49,737 bases of DNA from an uncultured Oscillospiraceae bacterium (GTDB lineage: Bacteria > Bacillota > Clostridia > Oscillospirales > Oscillospiraceae). Both the position numbers and the translations under genes were made by a program. The stretch spans positions 1-49,737 of the forward strand of contig CALXGL010000009.1 of NCBI GenBank assembly GCA_944387825.1, given 5' to 3'. Position 1 is the stretch's first letter. Every line of letters begins with the position of its first letter. Of this stretch, positions 43,260-49,737 are shown one piece after another. The notes under the pieces were generated by a model, which saw only the letters and a list, made by a program, of their open reading frames with translations, searched no databases and was not told the DNA's origin.

Positions 43260-44741
43260 ATGAAATATATAATGACTTTGGACCAGGGCACAACCAGCAG
43301 CCGCTGCATACTTTTTGACCTCAACGGGTCGGCGGCGGCCATGGCGCAGCGCGAATTTACTCAGTATTTTCCGCAGCCCGGCTGGGTTGAACATGACCCT
43401 GAGGAAATTTGGGACACCACGCTGGCGGTCTCCAGAGAAGCCATGTTCAACGCCGGCGCACGGCCGGAGGACATAGTGGCCATTGGCATTACCAACCAGC
43501 GCGAAACCACTGTTTTGTGGGAAAAGACATCCGGCCGGCCCGTGGCCAACGCTATTGTCTGGCAGTGCAGGCGTACGTCGAAAATCATTGACAAACTTGT
43601 ACAGGACGGCGCGGGGGATATGATACGCGAGAAAACCGGACTGGTGCCGGACGCGTATTTCTCCGCTTCAAAGATAAAGTGGCTGCTGGACACCGTCCCG
43701 GGCGCCAGGAAAATGGCGGATAATGGCGAGCTGCTGTTCGGTACGATTGACAGCTGGCTCATATGGAAGCTGACCGGCGGAAAGGCGCATGTAACCGACT
43801 ATACGAACGCGAGCCGGACCATGCTGTTCAACATCGAAGAGCTGCGCTGGGATACCGACCTGCTCAAGCTTCTGGACATACCCGAGTGCATACTTCCCGA
43901 GGTGAAGCCGTCCTCCTGCGTATACGGATACAGCGTAAGAGAGCTCTACGGCGGAGAAATTCCGATAGCCGGCGCGGCGGGCGACCAGCAGAGCGCCCTG
44001 TTCGGACAGTGCTGCTTCCTTCCGGGCGAGATGAAGAACACATACGGCACGGGCTGCTTCCTGCTTATGAACACGGGCAGTGAGCGCGTCCGCAGCAAAA
44101 ACGGGCTTGTCACAAGCATTGCGGTGGGATATCAGGACCATGTGGAGTATGCGCTGGAGGGCAGCATCTTCACTGCAGGCTCCGCCGTCCAATGGCTGAG
44201 GGATGAGCTGAGCATAATACCGACGGCATCCGACAGTGAAAGGATAGCCTGCTCGGTGGCCGACACAGCCGGCGCGTATATCGTTCCCGCGTTCACCGGG
44301 CTGGGCGCGCCGTACTGGAAGCAGGACGCGCGCGGAGTAATAACCGGCGTAACACGCGGCTTTTCACGCGCACACCTTGTGAGGGCTACGCTGGAATCCC
44401 TGGCGTATCAGACGCACGACATTGTGCGCGCGATGGAGCGGGACGCGAAAATGGATATAACCGCCCTGCGTGTGGACGGCGGAGCAAGCGCGAACAACTT
44501 CCTCATGCAATTCCAGGCGGATATCCTAAACGCCGACGTTATACGGCCCGAGTATATAGAGACTACCGCTCTAGGCGCGGCATATTTGGCCGGCCTGGCC
44601 ATGGGAGTGTGGAGCGGTACGGCTGAAATACGGAGCCTGCGTGCATCCGACCAGGTGTTCAAAAGCGCAATGGCTGCAGAAAAGCGCGAAGAGCTTTTGA
44701 AGGGCTGGCAGAAGGCCGTGCGCTGCGCGCTCGTGGATTGA
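43260..44741 (+). CDS. glpK: Glycerol kinase
   Basis: [43 protein letters not shown], and [13 protein letters not shown]. Confidence 0.92.
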   Translation: MKYIMTLDQGTTSSRCILFDLNGSAAAMAQREFTQYFPQPGWVEHDPEEIWDTTLAVSREAMFNAGARPEDIVAIGITNQRETTVLWEKTSGRPVANAIVWQCRRTSKIIDKLVQDGAGDMIREKTGLVPDAYFSASKIKWLLDTVPGARKMADNGELLFGTIDSWLIWKLTGGKAHVTDYTNASRTMLFNIEELRWDTDLLKLLDIPECILPEVKPSSCVYGYSVRELYGGEIPIAGAAGDQQSALFGQCCFLPGEMKNTYGTGCFLLMNTGSERVRSKNGLVTSIAVGYQDHVEYALEGSIFTAGSAVQWLRDELSIIPTASDSERIACSVADTAGAYIVPAFTGLGAPYWKQDARGVITGVTRGFSRAHLVRATLESLAYQTHDIVRAMERDAKMDITALRVDGGASANNFLMQFQADILNADVIRPEYIETTALGAAYLAGLAMGVWSGTAEIRSLRASDQVFKSAMAAEKREELLKGWQKAVRCALVD

Positions 44742-44759
44742 GAAGAAATCAAAGGTATA

Positions 44760-44792
44760 CAAGGACGCCTGCTCTTGCGGCAGGCGTCCTTG
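44760..44792 (+). terminator. Terminator-like hairpin after glpK (weak U-tract)
   Basis: CAAGGACGCCTGC-tcttgcg-GCAGGCGTCCTTG, a 13-bp perfect stem. Confidence 0.45.
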
Positions 44793-44923
44793 CTGCGTGA
44801 AGACGCGGTTTGTGCGGAAAATTTTCAGTTGCACTTTTCACTTCGGTATTATATAATATGATGAATTGACGTGTGCACGGAAAACCGTGCCGCACATGTA
44901 TTAAATCACAAGGTGATTTGTCC

Positions 44924-45811
44924 ATGGGATTTAGCGAATACTTTTCTAACTCCATTAATTATATACTGACGATGAGCTTTTCGGATATCATAGATATCCT
45001 CATTGTAGCGATACTCATATATGTCTGCATAAAGCTCATCCGCCGTACGAACGCCATACGCCTGGCGAGGGGCATAGTAATCGTTCTTTTGGCGCTGGTT
45101 GTATCCGACCTGCTCAATCTGCGGATGATAAACTCGCTTTTCAGACGTATAGTTGAGCTTGGCCTTATTGCCATCATTATTATTTTCCAGCCGGAGATAC
45201 GCAGGCTTCTGGAACGTATGGGCAGCGGAAAGTTCTCTTACTTTTTCGGAGTGCCGGGCGTGCCGGCAACCACGGAGGCCGCCATTAACCAGACTGTCCT
45301 CGCGTGCACGAGAATGGCGGAGAGCCGGACGGGCGCGCTCATAGTTTTTGAACGTACAAGCAGCCTGAACGACGCAATGGTGACAGGAACCATCGTCAAC
45401 GCCGACGTTTCCAGCGAGCTTCTCAGGAACATATTCTTTGTCAACTCGCCTCTGCACGACGGCGCGGTTATTATGCGCGACGGACGCATTGCCGCGGCCG
45501 GCTGCATGCTGCCGCTTTCAAAGAACGCCTCTCTCAGCTCCGACCTCGGCATGCGGCACAGGGCCGGAATCGGCGTCAGCGAGCAGTCTGACGCCGTGGT
45601 AGCGATTGTGAGCGAGGAGACCGGCTCCATATCCGTAGCCATTGACGGTATGCTCAAGCGGCATCTTACCGCGGAGGCTTTTTCAAAAATCCTGCATAAC
45701 GAGCTCATCCCGGATTCCGGTACTCAGGTGAAAAAGCGCGGCATCCCCGGCCTTATCGATTCCGTCAAGGGATTTATGGTGAAGAAGAATGACGAAAAAG
45801 AGAGCGAATAA
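44924..45811 (+). CDS. cdaA: Diadenylate cyclase CdaA (membrane-anchored DAC domain)
   Basis: Three N-terminal TM helices and a DAC domain: GALIVFER..., SPLHDGAVIM, GMRHRAGIGVSEQSDAVVAIVSEETGSIS. I trimmed the start to the ATG at 44924. Confidence 0.9.
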   Translation: MGFSEYFSNSINYILTMSFSDIIDILIVAILIYVCIKLIRRTNAIRLARGIVIVLLALVVSDLLNLRMINSLFRRIVELGLIAIIIIFQPEIRRLLERMGSGKFSYFFGVPGVPATTEAAINQTVLACTRMAESRTGALIVFERTSSLNDAMVTGTIVNADVSSELLRNIFFVNSPLHDGAVIMRDGRIAAAGCMLPLSKNASLSSDLGMRHRAGIGVSEQSDAVVAIVSEETGSISVAIDGMLKRHLTAEAFSKILHNELIPDSGTQVKKRGIPGLIDSVKGFMVKKNDEKESE

Positions 45812-47036
45812 GCTGTTTGACAGCAATATATTCTGGTTGATTATCTCTCTGCTTGCGGCGCTTGTCATATGGGTTTATATGACCGGCACGCAGGAAGAGG
45901 TTATAAAGCGCACGCTCAATGATGTCGAGGTCGTTTTTGAAGGTCAGGAACGGCTGCAGGCTCAGCGCGGCTTCGTAATCACAGACGCAAGCGCCCAGAC
46001 CGTTGACGTGGTTATCGAGGGCAGGCGGCTGGACGTCAGCAGGCTTTCAAGCGAGGACGTAAAGGCGGTAATAAACGTCGCCGGAATAACCAGCACCAGC
46101 AACTACACTCAGGACTACACCCTTTCCTACCCGGACAACGTGGACGCCGGCAATATCACTTTCGTGTCCGGGACGCCCAAGAATATAAGCTTCCAGGTCA
46201 CGCTGATGGATGAACGGCAGTTCCCGGTGGAGGCCGCTTTCGTCGGCAGCGTGGCGGAGGACCACATGCTCGGCGATATAGAGTTTGAGCCCAAGACCAT
46301 AACCGTCCGCGGACCGCAGACCGTGCTGGAAACCATAGACCATATTTATGCGGAGATTTCTCTCACGGACCTGGACGAAACACGCACTGTCGAGTCCGGC
46401 TTCACGCTCATAGGCAAAGACGGCGCAGAGGTGCCGGGCGAGGGCCTTGAGTTTGACTTCAATACGATTTCCGTCACAATACCTGTCAGCGTTGTAAAGA
46501 CGGTGCCTATATATGTGACGCTCATCGAAGGGGCGGGAGCGACGAGGAACAATACGAAGATAGAGCTCGACGTGGACGAGATAACCATTGCCGGCGACGC
46601 CTCCGAGGTTGACAGCATCAACCGCATCGAGGTTGGCCCCGTAGACCTGACGAGCTTCGACCTCACATATGAGGACGATTTGGACGTCGTTTTGTCAAAC
46701 GAGGTGGAGAACGTCTCTGGCATAGAATCCGTTCACGTGGCCGTGCAGGTTACCGGGCTGGCCATAAAGGAATTTACGGTTACAAATCTCAGCTATGACG
46801 GCCTGCCGGACGGATATGCGGCCGAACTTGTGACGCAGTCGCTGACGGTTCGCATACGCGCGCCGCAGGAGGTGCTCGACCAGCTCAACTCCACCAATAT
46901 TCGCGCGGTGGCCGACCTATCGAATACGACGGCTACAGGCACGATGGACACCTCGAGAGTCAGGGTTGTGGTAGACGGCGCGCTGCAGGCCGGAGCGGTT
47001 GGAACATACAGACTGACGTTTAACATAAGCAGATAG
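45789..47036 (+). CDS. cdaR: CdaA regulatory protein CdaR (YbbR-domain repeats)
   Basis: N-terminal anchor and repeated YbbR-like beta modules. It overlaps the cdaA 3' end, as is typical. Confidence 0.85.
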   Translation: MTKKRANKLFDSNIFWLIISLLAALVIWVYMTGTQEEVIKRTLNDVEVVFEGQERLQAQRGFVITDASAQTVDVVIEGRRLDVSRLSSEDVKAVINVAGITSTSNYTQDYTLSYPDNVDAGNITFVSGTPKNISFQVTLMDERQFPVEAAFVGSVAEDHMLGDIEFEPKTITVRGPQTVLETIDHIYAEISLTDLDETRTVESGFTLIGKDGAEVPGEGLEFDFNTISVTIPVSVVKTVPIYVTLIEGAGATRNNTKIELDVDEITIAGDASEVDSINRIEVGPVDLTSFDLTYEDDLDVVLSNEVENVSGIESVHVAVQVTGLAIKEFTVTNLSYDGLPDGYAAELVTQSLTVRIRAPQEVLDQLNSTNIRAVADLSNTTATGTMDTSRVRVVVDGALQAGAVGTYRLTFNISR

Positions 47037-47046
47037 GAGGAAAGCA

Positions 47047-47466
47047 ATGACTCAGTTCGCTGTCATCAAGAAGCTTACCGCCCCGGATAAAGCGGAGGTC
47101 GAGGTCCTGCGGGGCACGGCCTGCGGCGGGGACTGCGGAAGCTGCGAAACCTGCCATTATGCGAGCAAAATCCGGGTAGAAGCTACGAACGATATAGGCG
47201 CACAGCTTGGCGACAGAGTTGAGATAGAAGCCAGGACTTCCAGAGTGCTGGGGGCGGCTGTGCTGGTGTACGTCGTGCCTTTTGTCCTCTTCTTTATCGG
47301 ATACGCGATTGCGGCAGCCCTTGACTTCGGAGAGGGGCTTCGGATGCTTATAAGCTTTGCGGCGTTCGCGCTCGGCTTCGTTGTTGTCACGATTGTCGGC
47401 AGGAGCCACAGGAAAAATCCGATAACTTACAATATAATAAGCGTAATAGGACACGAGGCGGCGTGA
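47047..47466 (+). CDS. RseC/MucC (SoxR-reducing system)-family small membrane protein
   Basis: GTACGGDCGSCETC Cys cluster, followed by two TM helices. 139 aa. Confidence 0.7.
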   Translation: MTQFAVIKKLTAPDKAEVEVLRGTACGGDCGSCETCHYASKIRVEATNDIGAQLGDRVEIEARTSRVLGAAVLVYVVPFVLFFIGYAIAAALDFGEGLRMLISFAAFALGFVVVTIVGRSHRKNPITYNIISVIGHEAA

Positions 47467-47467
47467 A

Positions 47468-48346
47468 ATGATTAGAAGTATGACGGGCTATGGCTCCGCG
47501 AAGGGCGAGGCGGCGGGCCTATCCCTTAGTGTGGAGCTCAAAAGCGTAAACAACAGATATCTGGACGTCTCCGTAAAACTGCCGCGGACGCTCATGTTTG
47601 CAGAGGAGCCTGTTCGCGCGGCCGTGGCCAGGCATATAAGCCGCGGCAAGGTGGATGTCTTTATAAGCGCCGACGCCAGCGCGTCGGACAGCTTCGAGGT
47701 GCGAATTAACGACGCGCTTCTGCGGGGCTATATAGCGGCGCTTGACGAGGCGCGCGACAGATTTGGACTCGTTGACGACCGGAGCCTGATGAATCTCTGC
47801 CGGCTTCCGGACGTCTTGAGCACGGAACGCAGGGAACTGGATGCGGACGAGCTTACGAGCGGCCTTCTGGATATACTCGAGCGTGCCCTGGACGGATACG
47901 ACGCAATGCGTGAACGCGAAGGCGAAAAGCTGCGCGACGATGTTTTAAGCCGCCTTGCCGAAATCGAGAGGCTGACCGGTATCGTCGAGGAGCGCGCGCC
48001 GCAGACGGTGCAGGAGTATCGCGCCAGGCTAGAACAGAAGCTGCGCGAGACGCTTGAAGGGATGCAGGCCGATGACGCGCGCATCCTGACCGAATGCGCC
48101 ATATTTGCCGACCGCATCGCGGTTGACGAGGAGACGGTCCGCCTGCGCAGCCATATTTCCCAGCTCCGCTCCATGGCGTCCGGCGAGTCGCCGATAGGCC
48201 GCAAGATGGACTTCCTTATTCAGGAGCTGAACCGCGAATCGAATACCATAGGCTCAAAGTGCCAGAACGCCGAAATTGCTAGAGTTGTGGTCGATCTGAA
48301 AGCGGAAATAGAAAAGATACGCGAACAGATACAGAATGTGGAGTGA
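47468..48346 (+). CDS. yicC: YicC/YloC-family stress-induced protein (endoribonuclease family)
   Basis: MIRSMTGYG...ELKSVNNRYLD at the N-terminus and C-terminal GRKMDFLIQELNRESNTIGSK. Confidence 0.9.
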   Translation: MIRSMTGYGSAKGEAAGLSLSVELKSVNNRYLDVSVKLPRTLMFAEEPVRAAVARHISRGKVDVFISADASASDSFEVRINDALLRGYIAALDEARDRFGLVDDRSLMNLCRLPDVLSTERRELDADELTSGLLDILERALDGYDAMREREGEKLRDDVLSRLAEIERLTGIVEERAPQTVQEYRARLEQKLRETLEGMQADDARILTECAIFADRIAVDEETVRLRSHISQLRSMASGESPIGRKMDFLIQELNRESNTIGSKCQNAEIARVVVDLKAEIEKIREQIQNVE

Positions 48347-48349
48347 CCC

Positions 48350-48619
48350 ATGGCACTTATAAATATTGGTTTCGGCAGCTTCACCGCGTCGGAACGGATT
48401 GTAGGAGTGCTGAACCCCGACTCCGCGCCGATTAAACGGATGATACAGGATGCGCGTGAGCGCGGCAGCCTTATTGATGCAAGCTACGGACGCAAAACGC
48501 GCTGCGTGCTTGTGACTGACGGCGGCTATATAATCCTCTCCGCTCTTACCAGCGAGAGTCTGGCGGAGAGGATTGACCCTGACGTACAGCTTGGAGGCGG
48601 CAATGATGAACTCATTTGA
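48350..48619 (+). CDS. remA: RemA/DUF370-family regulatory protein
   Basis: LINIGFGSFTASERIVGVLNPDSAPIKRMIQDARERGSLIDASYGRKTR. Confidence 0.85.
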   Translation: MALINIGFGSFTASERIVGVLNPDSAPIKRMIQDARERGSLIDASYGRKTRCVLVTDGGYIILSALTSESLAERIDPDVQLGGGNDELI

Positions 48620-49220
48620 AAAGGGAAAGCTTCTCGTTATATCCGGCCCATCGGGCGCGGGGAAGAGCACCGTTATCGGCAGGCTTATGGAGCTCAGGGA
48701 CGACGTCTGCTTTTCCGTGTCTGTGACGACCCGTCCGCCGCGCCCCGGCGAAGAGGACGGAAAAGACTATTTCTTCGTGACTCCTCAGCATTTTCAGGAG
48801 CTGGCCGAGGGAGGCTATCTTCTGGAGTACGCCGAATACGTGGGCAACCGTTACGGAACCCCGCGCGGATATGTGGAACAGCGGCAGCTGGAGGGCAAGA
48901 GCGTCATACTGGATATTGAGGTCCAGGGCGCCGGCCAGATTTGCCGCAACTGCCCGGACGCGGTGAGCGTGTTCATCCTGCCGCCCTCGGGTGCCGAGCT
49001 GGAGCGCCGCCTGCGCCACCGGAATACGGACTCCGACGAAAAAATACGTGAACGTCTGCTTCAGGCAAAGCGCGAATGCGCCGAAGCCGGGAAGTATGGC
49101 TATATAGTCGTCAACGACGACCCCGACGCCGCCGCCCGCGAGGTCAATGCGATTCTGACCGCAGAAAAATGCCGCGCGGCCGACAGGCTTAATCTTGTTA
49201 CAGAGGTGCTTATATCATGA
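48603..49220 (+). CDS. gmk: Guanylate kinase
   Basis: LLVISGPSGAGKSTV, SVTTRPPRPGEEDGKDYFFV and YGT motifs. Confidence 0.92.
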   Translation: MMNSFEKGKLLVISGPSGAGKSTVIGRLMELRDDVCFSVSVTTRPPRPGEEDGKDYFFVTPQHFQELAEGGYLLEYAEYVGNRYGTPRGYVEQRQLEGKSVILDIEVQGAGQICRNCPDAVSVFILPPSGAELERRLRHRNTDSDEKIRERLLQAKRECAEAGKYGYIVVNDDPDAAAREVNAILTAEKCRAADRLNLVTEVLIS

Positions 49221-49414
49221 TGCTCTATCCCCCCATGTCCGAACTTGTCAACAAAGTCGGCAGCCGCTACCTGCTCGTCAACCTGGTTGCCCGCCGTGCA
49301 AGAGCCATCTCGCGCAAGGCGGAAGAGGACGGCGAACCGCTTGAGCGCAAGCCGATTTCCATCGCTATCGATGAAGTGTATACCGGTAAGCTGAAAGTTA
49401 TGGAGGAGCAGTGA
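49217..49414 (+). CDS. rpoZ: DNA-directed RNA polymerase subunit omega
   Basis: SRYLLVNLVARRARAI is the omega-subunit signature. It sits in the gmk-rpoZ arrangement. Confidence 0.85.
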   Translation: MMLYPPMSELVNKVGSRYLLVNLVARRARAISRKAEEDGEPLERKPISIAIDEVYTGKLKVMEEQ

Positions 49415-49456
49415 CGGCCTTGCCGCCACTGCCCTTTCGCGCGTATGGATGTGTTG

Positions 49457-49737
49457 ATGCCTGAAGCAAAAGTGGCCAGAATAGCGGTCTCCGGCGTGCC
49501 CTACAGGCTGGACAAGCCGTATGATTACAGCATACCGGAGAGCCTGGCCGGCAGGCTGGTCCCGGGCGTGCGCGTGGAGGTGCCTTTTACCAGGGCCAAC
49601 CGCCGCACGGAGGGAATTGTCCTCGCCCTTACATGTGAAAGCGGCTTCGACCGGCTCAAGCCGGTGTCCGCCGTGCTGGATGAGCAGCCGGTGCTGGATG
49701 AAAAGCTCCTGAGCCTTGCCATGTGGATGCACGAGCG
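49457..49737 (+). CDS. priA: Primosomal protein N' (PriA), N-terminal part (3'-truncated by window edge)
   Basis: My own translation gives MPEAKVARIAVSGVPYRLDKPYDYSIPESLAGRLVPGVRVEVPFTRANRRTEGIVLAL..., a typical PriA N-terminal 3'-DNA-binding domain. The frame is open to the window end. Confidence 0.75.
   Translation, partial: MPEAKVARIAVSGVPYRLDKPYDYSIPESLAGRLVPGVRVEVPFTRANRRTEGIVLALTCESGFDRLKPVSAVLDEQPVLDEKLLSLAMWMHE

Noticed and set aside
37634-43293. Minus-strand ORFs of 424, 437 and 381 aa (37634-38908, 40669-41982, 42148-43293) inside the hydrolase and dehydrogenase-like genes.
   Set aside because: They are antisense to genes with good RBSs, paralogue conservation and enzyme motifs. 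Their translations are compositionally biased and unrelated to each other, even though the sense genes A and C are paralogous.
33862-44792. Whether the hydrolase cassette is a mobile element.
   Set aside because: I could find no integrase, transposase or recombinase gene, no flanking direct repeats and no tRNA target. Only compositional and positional hints exist, so it is reported as a possible island, not a mobile element.
44860-44905. An imperfect hairpin (TGTGCACGG-aaaa-CCGTGCCGCACA) upstream of cdaA, considered as a possible riboswitch or c-di-AMP element.
   Set aside because: It is too short for any riboswitch class I know and has no conserved ydaO-type features. It is probably just leader or promoter structure.

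Overview
A 49.7 kb chromosomal segment from a GC-rich, endospore-forming Firmicute. The class Clostridia and an Oscillospiraceae/Ruminococcaceae-like origin are inferred from gene content only. I support about 50 protein genes. I saw no rRNA, tRNA, CRISPR array, transposase or integrase. Most of the window is core housekeeping: ligA 3' end, scpA-scpB, sporulation genes (spoIIID, ytfI/gerW-like, dacB-like), rluB, cmk, plsC, an ispH-rpsA fusion, a carD-like gene, ispD-ispF, cdaA-cdaR, yicC, remA, gmk, rpoZ and the priA 5' end. Four regions are less ordinary. (1) 34.0-44.8 kb is my top candidate for an undescribed system. It is a terminator-bounded, same-strand cassette: a PocR-sensor/AraC regulator, three tandem large paralogues, an AraM/EgsA-type glycerol-1-phosphate-dehydrogenase-like gene, and glpK. 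Each paralogue has a membrane anchor, an alpha/beta serine-hydrolase ectodomain and an eight-helix membrane module. A triple 11-bp operator-like repeat and a long leader hairpin lie upstream of the first paralogue. (2) 12.4-18.1 kb is a tightly packed minus-strand string: GT4, DUF4330, an O-antigen-ligase-like gene, an internally duplicated DUF1538 membrane protein, a tandem PII-like protein and CsoR. It is followed by a CsoR-operator promoter driving a frameshifted P1B-type ATPase that lacks a metal-binding domain. (3) An sdpR-sdpI-sdpI immunity-type operon with no toxin gene in view. (4) A membrane-tethered MerR-RDD fusion behind a promoter with a MerR-type 19-bp spacer. All functional calls come from motif recognition by eye and need HMM or structure confirmation.
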